From Silvanigrellaceae bacterium (GTDB lineage: Bacteria; Bdellovibrionota_B; Oligoflexia; Silvanigrellales; Silvanigrellaceae), in NCBI GenBank assembly GCA_049423385.1, contig JBMSQQ010000002.1, positions 5,601 through 69,600 on the forward strand: a stretch of 64,000 nt of DNA. Reading direction: 5' to 3'. Positions 8,934 to 18,627 of this stretch are shown piece after piece; position 1 is the stretch's first letter; each line of letters starts with the position of its first letter. Below the pieces are notes generated by a model. It ran no database searches. It was given only the letters and a program-made list of their open reading frames with translations, and had not been told where the DNA came from. The position numbers and the translations under genes were made by a program.

Positions 8934-11099
8934 ATGAATCAAACTGTGTCTGGCGGTCGCATCCGCGAATCATCCATTGATGCTCTCCGGGAACGAATCA
9001 ATCTTGTTGAGGTTGTTTCGCAGACGGTCAGTTTGCGGAAAAGTGGTTCGCGTTACATGGGGAAATGTCCTTTCCATGAGGATTCGTCACCGTCGTTTCT
9101 TGTTGATGACAAGCATTACCATTGCTTTGGCTGCAAAGCCCACGGGGATGCAATCTCCTTTGAAATGAATCGCTCGGGCTGCACCTTTCCGGAGGCTGTG
9201 GAAACCTTGGCAAACCGTTTCAACTTTGCCTTGGATTATGAAACGAATTCCAGGGAGTCGGATGCCGACAGGCAGTTGCGCGAGCAAAAAAGATCAATTT
9301 CGCACATCATGACCGAAGTGACCCGCGCCTATTCCCAGTATTTGTGGTCAAGGGATGGTGACACAGCGCGCGAATATCTCTTGAACAGGGGCTTTACGGA
9401 AAGCACATTGCGCGACTGGGAAATTGGTTTGTCGCCTCAATCGAGCGTGCTTGTGCGCATGGCAGAAAAGCGTGGTTGGAATCTGGAGCACCTGATCTCG
9501 GCCGGGCTTGTTCGCCGACGCGAAAATTCATCCGAGAGTTATGATTTTTTTCGCGACAGAATCATGATTCCAATTCGCGATGAAAAAGGCTCGCCCATCG
9601 CATTTGGGGCAAGAATTTACCGTACAAATGCAAATTCCGGAAATGCCGGCCCCAAATACTTGAATTCCCCTGAAACACCCGTGTTCCAAAAATCGAAGAC
9701 ATTGTTCAACTTCAACAGGGCTCGCAATGCCATTGTACAATCCGGGTTTGTGGTTGTTGTTGAAGGTTACATGGACTGTCTTGCAATCGCGCGCGCCGGT
9801 ATTCAAAATGTTGTTGCAGTTCTCGGAACTGCTCTGACACCTGATCACATCAAGCGACTTGCACGGCTGACAAAACGAGTTGTCCTTTGTTTTGACAGCG
9901 ACAATGCAGGTCGCGAGGCTGCCCGGAAGGCGTTCGACATCGGCTTTCCATTGAATCTTGTTGAACTCCAGTTTGTGTCCGTGCCCAGCGGCAAGGACCC
10001 CGATGATTTTATTCGCGAGCATGGGGTGCAGGCGTTCTCTGGTTTGCTGGACCGCGCTGTTTCTCTTGCAAGCTGGGTCTGTGATTATTGTCTCGCCCAG
10101 GGTACGACCCGCGAAGCACAGCTGAGAAAAATCAAATCCGACTTTGTTCCGGTTGTGATGCGCAACCCGGACCCTGCTGTTCGTGAAATCACCCTGGAAA
10201 TGGCTGCTGTCGCGTTGGGATTGTCGAAGGCAAGTTCGCTTATCAGTGGCTTTATGCCGGGTCCACAGTCTGATGGCAGGAAGGGAACCGGCGCTCAGCT
10301 TTCTGGAGACCGGGCTGATGGCTCGCCGAAACCGTCACAGCCTGTCAGTTTGAAACCTGTGGACGGCCCGGAAGTTTCCGTGGGCGATGCGAACGAACCC
10401 GATGCTGTCGCTGTATCGTCTGCCGACGAGGTGATGTTTTACGTGATGTTGGCGCATGCCCAACTTGAGATGTTGCCTTCAAGACTGAAAAACGTGCTTT
10501 GTGGTGAACAAAGTGACGAGGCCATGGATGAAATTGTGCTGGCCCAGATGCTGGCAACGGACGACGTGGGTGGACTCGCACAGGCATTTCTGGCCTGGAG
10601 TGAAGTTCTTTGCGCTCCGGAAAACGAAGGACGAGCACTTGTTGATGTTGTGAGTGGTCCTTGTCTCAGTGTTGATATTATTCTTCAATTACGGGCTCTT
10701 GCGACGCTTCATCCGGAGAGCTTGCTCGAGGTTGGCTTGGAAGGTTGGGTTCGAGGAGTGCTCGAAGGGGGCGAGAACCAGGCGCTCGCTCCAAAACTCA
10801 GAAATTCTGAAAATATTTTTGATCCCGTGAATCTTTCTTTCGTGCGAATGGTTGTGCGCGATGCCAAGGTTTCGAGGGCGAGTGGCAAGCTTGCTTTGGC
10901 ACTGAACCGAATTCTGGCTCAAATCGAAATTTCCTATTTGGATCGGGAGATTGAAGCAACCACCAGACTTCTCCGGGAGTTGGGGCCATCGGGCAATGAC
11001 AGCCCTGAGCAGGGGGAGTTGATTCAATATCGATTGCGCAAGCTGACGGACGAGCGCGTTCGTCGATACCAGAAGTTTGTTCTGAAGCCGAGTCCTTGA
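8934..11099 (+). CDS. dnaG: DNA primase
   Basis: CHC2 zinc finger CPFHEDSSPSFLVDDKHYHCFGCKAHGDAISF. TOPRIM motifs VVVVEGYMDCLA and VLCFDSDNAGREAA. At 721 aa it has a long, poorly conserved C-terminal region. Confidence 0.95.
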   Translation: MNQTVSGGRIRESSIDALRERINLVEVVSQTVSLRKSGSRYMGKCPFHEDSSPSFLVDDKHYHCFGCKAHGDAISFEMNRSGCTFPEAVETLANRFNFALDYETNSRESDADRQLREQKRSISHIMTEVTRAYSQYLWSRDGDTAREYLLNRGFTESTLRDWEIGLSPQSSVLVRMAEKRGWNLEHLISAGLVRRRENSSESYDFFRDRIMIPIRDEKGSPIAFGARIYRTNANSGNAGPKYLNSPETPVFQKSKTLFNFNRARNAIVQSGFVVVVEGYMDCLAIARAGIQNVVAVLGTALTPDHIKRLARLTKRVVLCFDSDNAGREAARKAFDIGFPLNLVELQFVSVPSGKDPDDFIREHGVQAFSGLLDRAVSLASWVCDYCLAQGTTREAQLRKIKSDFVPVVMRNPDPAVREITLEMAAVALGLSKASSLISGFMPGPQSDGRKGTGAQLSGDRADGSPKPSQPVSLKPVDGPEVSVGDANEPDAVAVSSADEVMFYVMLAHAQLEMLPSRLKNVLCGEQSDEAMDEIVLAQMLATDDVGGLAQAFLAWSEVLCAPENEGRALVDVVSGPCLSVDIILQLRALATLHPESLLEVGLEGWVRGVLEGGENQALAPKLRNSENIFDPVNLSFVRMVVRDAKVSRASGKLALALNRILAQIEISYLDREIEATTRLLRELGPSGNDSPEQGELIQYRLRKLTDERVRRYQKFVLKPSP

Positions 11100-11227
11100 G
11101 TTTCTGGGGCTTGCATTATTTTGCTGTGGCGCATATGTGTGGGTGTATTTCTGGATACCTGTCACTGGTCAGGCTCAGGCGAATGTGAAACTGCGCCGTG
11201 CTTTTGCTGTCGAAAAGGGAGTTCTCC

Positions 11228-13849
11228 ATGGCTGTAGGCAAGGGAAAATCAACTTCAAAATCCTCTAAGAAAAACAGCAAGAGTGTTGCGAAACCGGCAA
11301 AGAAAGTCGCGAAATCGGCTCCGGGCAAGGGCAAAACCTCGCACTCTGCGCGTATGGCTCCATCAAAGCAAAAGCCTGGAAAAGGCGGCAAAAGCGCAAG
11401 TGCTCAGAAGAAGCCTCTGCCAAAGCCGACAAAATCTTCGAAGGCAGCGCCAGCGCGCAAGCCGCAGGTTGTGGCTAAAAAATCCACTCCTGTTGCGAAA
11501 AAATCCGCGGCTCAACAATCGCGCCCGGTTCAGAAGGCATCCGCCAAGGTGATTGTCAAACCAGCGCCCAAAGGCAAAACCCAGCAGATCATTGGAAGCA
11601 AAAAGCCAGTCGCGGCTCCTGCCGTGAAAGCACCACTGAGCTCAAATAAAACTCCACCGGCAAAAAACAACGTGCCAGCGAAGGCAGCGGCAGCGGCGAG
11701 TGTGCCTCAAAAAGCTGCGACTGCTGCTGGAATTCCGGCCAAGAAATCAATGGGCGTCCCTGCGGTAAGCGGGAAGGGCTCTTCGGCAAACCAGGTCGCC
11801 GCCAAAGGCAAAGCGCCAGCTGCATCTGGAAATTCCGACAAGGAAGCATCCAAGAGCAGCCAGGGAGCACAGCTGAAGGCTGTTCCACCTGTTGTCGACA
11901 AAAAATCCTCGGCTGATACGCAAGAGCCCAAGACCAAGAACAAATCGGGCGAGAAGACAGCAGCAGATAAAAATCAAAAGGTGGCAACGACTGCCAAACC
12001 TGCTGCAGGCAAAGGGACAGGAGAGTCCACCAGCAAGTTGCCATTGGCAGCGATCGGTGAAAAATCTGCAAGTTCCGAAGTCACGAAAGATTCCAAGAAC
12101 GCTGGCAAGAAGGTCGGAGCCCGGACGGTAGACGGAGCAACTGCATCGGAGAAAGCTCCTCAATCGGGCAAGAAAAAGAACCGGGCGGAAGGCGAAGAGG
12201 GTCCTGAGGGAGATCTTGAGGACGTCGAGCCAAGCGCTGACTTTGATGCAGATTTGGAAGATTTGGGGCCTGACCTCGATGCTGAGCCTGAAGACGGAGC
12301 CAATCTTTCGGAAGATGATATTTTTGCAGCCGATGATTTCGGCTCGGAAACTGTTGAAGAAGAAGAGCTGGATTCTTCGCTGGGGCGCAGCAATGACCCG
12401 GTTCGAATCTACCTCCGAAAAATGGGCCAGGTGGCTTTGCTTTCGCGTGATGGCGAAGTCGAGATTGCCAAGAAAATTGAAAATGAAGAAAACAAATTGC
12501 TTCAGCATCTGGTGAACCTCCGTTTGGGAGTTCGTCACATCTCGGATATTGGTCAGCGCTTTTTGGATGGAGCCATAAAGGCAAAGAATCTCGTCAAGGG
12601 ATTCGACGACGAGCAGGATCAAGCGACCGACGAAGGTCAAACTGCACGCGTTCGCACGCTTGTGGAAGGTTTTCTCGGGCAAGCCAAGACGGCAGTGACC
12701 CTCGAAGACAAATACGGCTTTGAGCATCTTGAAAATGCAACTCCAGCCGACAAAAAGTCGCTGAATGAATCACGTATGCAGATGTTTGAGCTCGTCAAGG
12801 AAATCAACATCAACCGAAGGATTATTCAGCAGATCACGTCTGAACTGGACACTCATGCGAAAGCTGTTGCTGATGTTGAAAAAGAGCTCAACAAGTTGAA
12901 ATACAGAACCCGCATGGAAGAGAGCAAGCTCCGCGCCTATGCCGAAGCCGATGCTCCACGTCCGCTGGAAGTCAACTTCCTTTCTGAAAGGGAGTGGGAA
13001 GCCTGCAAGCGGTCTTACGTCAATACACAGCAGACAATCCGTGGCAGCGAGGAAGCATGCTTCCTTCCGCGCAAAGAAATTCCCCGCATGTATCAGGTTG
13101 TCAGCACAGCCAACAGGCAAGCTGAGGATGCCAAGCGTGAATTGATTGAAGCGAACCTGCGCTTGGTCGTTTCGATCGCGAAAAAGTACATGAACCGTGG
13201 TTTGCAGTTCCTCGACTTGATTCAGGAAGGCAACATTGGCCTGATGAAGGCGGTGGAAAAGTTCGAATATCGACGTGGATATAAATTCAGCACATATGCA
13301 ACCTGGTGGATTCGCCAGGCGATCACCCGTGCGATTGCTGACCAAGCGCGTACGATTCGTATTCCTGTGCATATGATTGAAACCATCAACAAGATGGTTC
13401 GAACCAGTCGCTACCTGGTGCAGGAAATGGGTCGAGAGCCAACTCCCGAAGAAATCGCACAGCGCATGGACATGAGTCTTGAGAAAGTTCGCAAGGTCAT
13501 GAAAATCGCGCGTGAGCCAATCTCGCTCGAAGCACCGATCGGTGAAGAGGAAGACAACCACTACGGTGACTTCCTTGAGGACAAGACGCGTGGTGCACCT
13601 GTGGATATCGTTGCGAACCAGAGTTTGTCAGATCAAACCCGCAAGGTGCTGGCAACGCTCACTCCTCGTGAGGAGAAAGTTCTCAGAATGCGCTTTGGTA
13701 TTGGTGAAAAGACCGACCATACGCTTGAGGAAGTCGGACAAAGCTTCGACGTGACGCGCGAACGTATTCGTCAAATCGAGGCCAAGGCACTGCGCAAGCT
13801 CCGTCACCCTTGCCGTTCAAAGAAGCTCAAGGCTTTCATCGAGAGCTGA
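11228..13849 (+). CDS. rpoD: Primary sigma factor sigma-70 with a ~390-aa basic-then-acidic N-terminal extension
   Basis: Conserved regions: [11 protein letters not shown] (1.2), [72 protein letters not shown] (2), [15 protein letters not shown]...[30 protein letters not shown] (4). The ATG at 11228 follows AAGGGA. Confidence 0.95.
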   Translation: MAVGKGKSTSKSSKKNSKSVAKPAKKVAKSAPGKGKTSHSARMAPSKQKPGKGGKSASAQKKPLPKPTKSSKAAPARKPQVVAKKSTPVAKKSAAQQSRPVQKASAKVIVKPAPKGKTQQIIGSKKPVAAPAVKAPLSSNKTPPAKNNVPAKAAAAASVPQKAATAAGIPAKKSMGVPAVSGKGSSANQVAAKGKAPAASGNSDKEASKSSQGAQLKAVPPVVDKKSSADTQEPKTKNKSGEKTAADKNQKVATTAKPAAGKGTGESTSKLPLAAIGEKSASSEVTKDSKNAGKKVGARTVDGATASEKAPQSGKKKNRAEGEEGPEGDLEDVEPSADFDADLEDLGPDLDAEPEDGANLSEDDIFAADDFGSETVEEEELDSSLGRSNDPVRIYLRKMGQVALLSRDGEVEIAKKIENEENKLLQHLVNLRLGVRHISDIGQRFLDGAIKAKNLVKGFDDEQDQATDEGQTARVRTLVEGFLGQAKTAVTLEDKYGFEHLENATPADKKSLNESRMQMFELVKEININRRIIQQITSELDTHAKAVADVEKELNKLKYRTRMEESKLRAYAEADAPRPLEVNFLSEREWEACKRSYVNTQQTIRGSEEACFLPRKEIPRMYQVVSTANRQAEDAKRELIEANLRLVVSIAKKYMNRGLQFLDLIQEGNIGLMKAVEKFEYRRGYKFSTYATWWIRQAITRAIADQARTIRIPVHMIETINKMVRTSRYLVQEMGREPTPEEIAQRMDMSLEKVRKVMKIAREPISLEAPIGEEEDNHYGDFLEDKTRGAPVDIVANQSLSDQTRKVLATLTPREEKVLRMRFGIGEKTDHTLEEVGQSFDVTRERIRQIEAKALRKLRHPCRSKKLKAFIES

Positions 13850-13885
13850 GCTTCCACGTTCGCACGTGATTGTCTGCAATCACGC

Positions 13886-13930
13886 AAAAGCCCTGCTTTG
13901 GACTTGAAAACCAAAGCAGGGCTTTTTGTT
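13886..13930. terminator. Bidirectional intrinsic terminator between convergent rpoD and folB
   Basis: AAAAGCCCTGCTTTGG (13886-13901) pairs with CCAAAGCAGGGCTTTT (13911-13926). It is flanked by an A-run and a T-run, so it can function on both strands. Confidence 0.8.
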
Positions 13931-13977
13931 GATCAAAATCTTAATACGGAGTTCTATGACTTGGATACAGTCGTCAA

Positions 13978-14367
13978 TCAGTGATGAAACTGGCGCGAGA
14001 CATCGATGGCAACGGACCCGGTGAAGTGGGTCAATGGGACAAAGGCTTTATAGAGAACGATTCGGGCTGCCCGCACGCCTTTGAATTCGATTTCAATCAC
14101 ATCAAGCAGCTGCTCTGCCAAATATTCAAGCAAACTCACCCGCCCCAACCCCTGAATATAGGACTGAACTCTTTCGATGATTTTGCTGTAGTCAACCACC
14201 TTTTCGAGGCTGTCGTTGGTGTTGCGGTAGGGAACTTGGACACTGAGGTCGATTTTGAGGTTCTGTCCCACCTTTTGCTCGTGCGGGTTGGCCCCGAGAT
14301 AAAGGAAAGTGTAAACGTCGCGGATGTGGATCCAGCACAATTCATTGTCATTTTGAAGCGTGTTCAT
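13978..14367 (-). CDS. folB: Dihydroneopterin aldolase
   Basis: 129 aa. The pattern IHIRDVYTFLYLGANPHEQKVGQNLKIDLSV...VVDYSKI...LLEYLAEQL...VLYKAFVP matches the FolB fold signature (E..Q..D, Y, LxE, K). Confidence 0.75.
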   Translation of the reverse strand: MNTLQNDNELCWIHIRDVYTFLYLGANPHEQKVGQNLKIDLSVQVPYRNTNDSLEKVVDYSKIIERVQSYIQGLGRVSLLEYLAEQLLDVIEIEFKGVRAARIVLYKAFVPLTHFTGSVAIDVSRQFHH

Positions 14368-14470
14368 GCTCTTAATCCTTGCAAACTGCAGGGAGGCGGC
14401 TTTCCATCGTTCTTATGCTCCGGTATTGGTAACAAGACAAGTCTAAAGAAGAACAAACAGGACAGACATT

Positions 14471-15703
14471 ATGGCAGACATGAACCTTCCGCTCTCAGAA
14501 CTCGGCAGAACGCATATTCAATGGAATGATGAATATGGCGCCCACAATTATCACCCCATTCCCGTGGTTCTGGCTCGAGGTGAAGCAGAATGGGTTTGGG
14601 ATGTGGACGGCAAACGTTATCTGGACATGCTGAGTGCTTACAGTGCGGTGAACCAGGGTCATGTGCATCCCAGGATGATGGAAACCCTTGTGCAACAGGC
14701 GGCTCGAATCACCCTGACGTCGCGTGCTTTCTACAACGACCAGCTTGGCCCGTGGCTGAAGGAATTGACTCGTCTTTGTTCCAGGGATCGCGCCTTGCCA
14801 ATGAATTCTGGAGCCGAAGCGGTTGAGACTGCAGTCAAGCTTGCCCGGAAGTGGGGATACCGCAGCAAGAAGGTTCCCCATGATCAAGCTGAAATCATTG
14901 TTTGCGATTCGAACTTTCATGGACGTACAACCATGATTGTCGGATTTTCCTCGGACCCGCAGTACCGCGCAGATTTTGGACCATTCACCGGGGGATTCAA
15001 AATCATTCCCTATGGCGACTCCAAGGCTCTTGAGTCAGCCATCACTCCGAATACAGTTGGATTTCTTGTTGAACCCATTCAGGGGGAAGCTGGAGTTATT
15101 GTTCCTCCAGCGGGTTATCTGGCTGAATGCGATCGGATTTGCAAAAAGAACAACGTCTTGTTCATGGTTGACGAGATTCAGACCGGACTTTGTCGGACCG
15201 GTAAAATGTTCTGCCATGAACATGAGGATTGCAAACCGGATCTGTTGATTCTGGGCAAGGCACTTGGCGGCGGCTTCTATCCCATTTCCGCCGTCGTCGG
15301 CGATGATGCCGTGCTTGGATTGTTGAAGCCGGGCGATCATGGTTCGACTTTCGGTGGAAACCCTTTGGCTTGCGCACTGTCACGCACAGCCCTCAAAATT
15401 TTGCAGGATGAAAATCTGGCCAAGAGGGCTGGAGAGCTTGGAGAGTTGTTCCGCACGCGCCTTTCGAAAACCTTGCCTGCATCAAAGGTCAAGGAAGTTC
15501 GTGGCAAGGGACTTTTGAATGCGATTGAACTGACGACTGCCGCGGGCCCGGCACGTATTTATTCCGAGCAGTTGGCGCTGCGCGGAGTATTGGCAAAAGA
15601 AACGCGATCGACAACGATTCGATTTGCTCCACCGTTGGTGATTTCCCGTGAATCCATCGAATGGGCGATGACCCAGATTGAGGGCGTATTCGCCGGACAA
15701 TAG
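14471..15703 (+). CDS. rocD: Ornithine aminotransferase (class III PLP aminotransferase)
   Basis: [74 protein letters not shown] and [12 protein letters not shown] are typical of OAT. Confidence 0.88.
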   Translation: MADMNLPLSELGRTHIQWNDEYGAHNYHPIPVVLARGEAEWVWDVDGKRYLDMLSAYSAVNQGHVHPRMMETLVQQAARITLTSRAFYNDQLGPWLKELTRLCSRDRALPMNSGAEAVETAVKLARKWGYRSKKVPHDQAEIIVCDSNFHGRTTMIVGFSSDPQYRADFGPFTGGFKIIPYGDSKALESAITPNTVGFLVEPIQGEAGVIVPPAGYLAECDRICKKNNVLFMVDEIQTGLCRTGKMFCHEHEDCKPDLLILGKALGGGFYPISAVVGDDAVLGLLKPGDHGSTFGGNPLACALSRTALKILQDENLAKRAGELGELFRTRLSKTLPASKVKEVRGKGLLNAIELTTAAGPARIYSEQLALRGVLAKETRSTTIRFAPPLVISRESIEWAMTQIEGVFAGQ

Positions 15704-15730
15704 GCAAAAGCCGGTTTGTGCGCTGAAATT

Positions 15731-18391
15731 TCAAATCGCAATTTCAAGGTTTTCGTCCAGAGTTTCGGAAGTATCCTCTTCCGGCTCCAGTTGCTCTGTG
15801 AATGTCCGTTCCCGTTCCTGAGCATCCTTGAGTGCTGATTTCACCATGTCTGGATTGCCAACTTCGTTTATTTTGACCCAATTGTACGGCAGCGCTCCAC
15901 CGTTGGTGCGAATCTCCTCTCCCCTCGATGCATCATCCGATCGTGCTTCACCAAACAACACGCAGGGAATATCGCGACAACCCACCTGAATACGGCGTTT
16001 GAGTCCGGTCGAAAGTTCGTCCGGAAAAGCGATGTATTCGAAGCTTCCCTTGTGCAAAAGTTCAAAGAAACTGTGAACGGTTGATGTTTCCTGGACCTTG
16101 AAGCCAAGCTCGGTGAGAGTGTTTGACAAAACGAGCGCGTCTTTTTGATGATTTTTTGAAATATTCCCCAGGAGCACTTTTCCGAGGGAAGGAACAAGGT
16201 CACGTACGGTATGCTTGGTGAGCAGCCCCAGTTTTCCGATGCTTTCCCTGATGGATTTGTTCATGGTGAGGATGAGCAACTTGTGCAGTTCGTCCTGCTC
16301 GAAAGGCAACGTCAAGTAGCCTACAAATCCAAGGCGCAATGCAGTCAGGGACTCGCCTCGCCGAGGCTGCTGACTCATCAGAATTGCCGGAGTTCCCTTT
16401 GAACGGACATAATTGATGACTTTTTGAATTTGCTTTTCTTTCAATTTTTGAGTGTTGGAAATGAACAACAGCATGCATTCATTCGCGTTGGAGAATTGAT
16501 GTTCCAGCGCATCCACGGGAGTCAGCCACTGACAGCTCAACTGCTGAGATGATTCAATCAGGCTTCTTGCCTCCTCCGGAAGGATGTCATCGGACACAAT
16601 CACAAGGCTTTCAGGAAGCTGACGGCCCGACAGATCGAGGTCAAATGCTTCGATTCGGTTCATGCCAGCTTGAATTGAAATGTTGATGCGGATGAATTCG
16701 TCGTTGTTGAGAAGTTCGTCCGCCGTGTTTGATAAAGAAAGGAAAGGCGAATAATGCGAAAGATAGATTTGTAGAGATGGATCACGAAGAACTGCAGAGC
16801 CGTCGGGAGAGAAAAGCGAAATAACAAGTTTTTTTTCAGTTGGATTGTATCCAACGTTCATTGTGATTGCAGTGAAAGAGTTTGTTTCGTGACAAGATTG
16901 AAAGATGCCTTTGAGGAATTGTCTCAGGTGAGTGGGGTCGCCAACCACAAAAGTCGGCAGAGTCTTTTCCAGTTCGACGTTGACCCGCATGGAACCATCG
17001 CTTGACTCATGAATTTCGCGGAAAAATTGAAAGACGTTGAATTCAATTTTATGGGTTGCCAGCGATGGGTTTGAAGCATTTGAAATCTCAAGAAGGCTGT
17101 GAATGTTGTCGATCAATGACTCACACATGTGCAGGAATGATTCCGCTTTGGCGCCTGGAATTTCGCGCGCTGCATTTTGCAGCCTGTGGATGATTTTCAA
17201 TTGACTGTTGGCTTGTTCGAGAATCACGTCTTCAATATTGTGATTATTGCCGAGCACCTGTTCCCGGACGAGCGCAAATACGGCAAATCTCTCTCCATGG
17301 TTGATGATGGTGGAGATGGAGTAGTGGAATCGACGCGAGCCTTCAGGAAGTTCAACGGAACATGGCGTGCCTTGCACCTTCGGGTGTTTTTGATTCAGAA
17401 CTTTGGCAAGTCTGGCGCCAATTTCCTCGTCCAATTGAAGATAGGAGTTCAAGAACGCCGAAGCTTGAAGATTTTGCACCAGATCAGGGTCAAGGCCAAT
17501 CTCGTCGAGAAACTGTTCCATGGCTTCATTGATGAACTTAAGGCGACCATTCTGGCTAAATATTGCAATGGGTTCATTGACCGTGTTGAAAGATTTCAGC
17601 CAGCCATCCCTCGAGTTTTTTTGCTTGCGATCCTGTTCTTCGAGAATAAAGGCGATTTGGCCAAATTCATCGCCTTCGAATTGTTCGAGCGGAAATCGCG
17701 ATTGTTCCTCGAGGCGCTCAATTGTTATTTTTGAATTGTGGAGTTGTTTGACTCTGGCCGCATCTGAAAGGCGTCGGCTGAGCAAAGAATCACGCAGAAT
17801 ATGAAGAGGTTTGAAAACATATTGTTTTGCGAAAATAAAAAATATCGCACATGAAGACATCAACACGATAAGCAGAGCAAATGCCAGCCAACGCTGAAAA
17901 ATCAGCGTCTCGCGCGATATTTTGAGTTCCGGAAAATCCTTTTCGCCAAGGACCAATGACGAATTTGATTCAATCAGAGGATGCTTGTTGATGATCCAGA
18001 TGATGTCGCCATTTGCCTGTGCACTGACTGCAAAGGCACTTTTCGACAGATTCTCTGGAAGCAAAACCCTCAGGATCAGCCGATTTGATTCAAGCAGGAT
18101 GGGCGCCGCATCATCGGGATTCTCGTATCTCGGTTGGATGAGATGGTTCAGTCCATTCAGGCCCAGTTGATCGTTTGCAGCCCAACGGCTGACGGCGAGG
18201 TTCACGGCTTCCTGTTGAAATTTTTTAGTCTGCAAATCAGAGATGTAAAAGATTGCGCCCAGGCCCAGCAGACCCAGGGCAACGAAACTCACAATCATTG
18301 TGAAGCGGAATCTGTCTTCAACAGACAGAGACAGGCTTGCTGCACCACGACGGTTCGGTTTTGCATTTCCACCCAGGTCGCGACTGGTCAT
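15731..18391 (-). CDS. Large membrane signalling protein: 2 TM, PAS, degenerate kinase-like core, two degenerate receiver-like regions
   Basis: TM segments [21 protein letters not shown] and [24 protein letters not shown]-like [26 protein letters not shown]. Kinase-like [20 protein letters not shown], but no recognisable N/G1/G2 ATP-binding boxes. The C-terminal receiver-like segments lack the Asp pocket. Confidence 0.55.
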   Translation of the reverse strand: MTSRDLGGNAKPNRRGAASLSLSVEDRFRFTMIVSFVALGLLGLGAIFYISDLQTKKFQQEAVNLAVSRWAANDQLGLNGLNHLIQPRYENPDDAAPILLESNRLILRVLLPENLSKSAFAVSAQANGDIIWIINKHPLIESNSSLVLGEKDFPELKISRETLIFQRWLAFALLIVLMSSCAIFFIFAKQYVFKPLHILRDSLLSRRLSDAARVKQLHNSKITIERLEEQSRFPLEQFEGDEFGQIAFILEEQDRKQKNSRDGWLKSFNTVNEPIAIFSQNGRLKFINEAMEQFLDEIGLDPDLVQNLQASAFLNSYLQLDEEIGARLAKVLNQKHPKVQGTPCSVELPEGSRRFHYSISTIINHGERFAVFALVREQVLGNNHNIEDVILEQANSQLKIIHRLQNAAREIPGAKAESFLHMCESLIDNIHSLLEISNASNPSLATHKIEFNVFQFFREIHESSDGSMRVNVELEKTLPTFVVGDPTHLRQFLKGIFQSCHETNSFTAITMNVGYNPTEKKLVISLFSPDGSAVLRDPSLQIYLSHYSPFLSLSNTADELLNNDEFIRINISIQAGMNRIEAFDLDLSGRQLPESLVIVSDDILPEEARSLIESSQQLSCQWLTPVDALEHQFSNANECMLLFISNTQKLKEKQIQKVINYVRSKGTPAILMSQQPRRGESLTALRLGFVGYLTLPFEQDELHKLLILTMNKSIRESIGKLGLLTKHTVRDLVPSLGKVLLGNISKNHQKDALVLSNTLTELGFKVQETSTVHSFFELLHKGSFEYIAFPDELSTGLKRRIQVGCRDIPCVLFGEARSDDASRGEEIRTNGGALPYNWVKINEVGNPDMVKSALKDAQERERTFTEQLEPEEDTSETLDENLEIAI

Positions 18392-18534
18392 TTAGACTCC
18401 TTGCGGTACCCGAGATCACTCGGATTTTTAAGCGCGCTTCCAGCCCGGAGAATGATCGGAGGAAAGCGAATAAATTTGAGGCAGATTTTTTTTTGTGGTT
18501 GCAAACGCAGTGGGGGTGGTCTAGGAGTATTGGG

Positions 18535-18559
18535 GTGTTCAATCGTTTGAACACTTTTT
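18535..18559 (+). promoter_or_regulatory. Terminator-like hairpin in the rho 5' leader (candidate attenuator)
   Basis: GTGTTCAA (18535-18542), TCGT loop, TTGAACAC (18547-18554), then TTTTT (18555-18559). It lies ~70 nt upstream of the rho ATG. Confidence 0.35.
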
Positions 18560-18627
18560 CGCTCCGAAACTCGTTCGAGTTTTGGCCGCTGTCTAATCAA
18601 CCCCCCTTTATTATTCGGAAAATCTAC

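Noticed and set aside
11747-13561. Long antisense ORFs (11747..12727 at 326 aa, 12770..13561 at 263 aa) opposite rpoD
   Set aside because: These are shadow frames of a strongly conserved sigma-70 gene. They have no start context or motifs. Parts of them simply mirror the low-complexity Lys/Ala codons of the rpoD tail.
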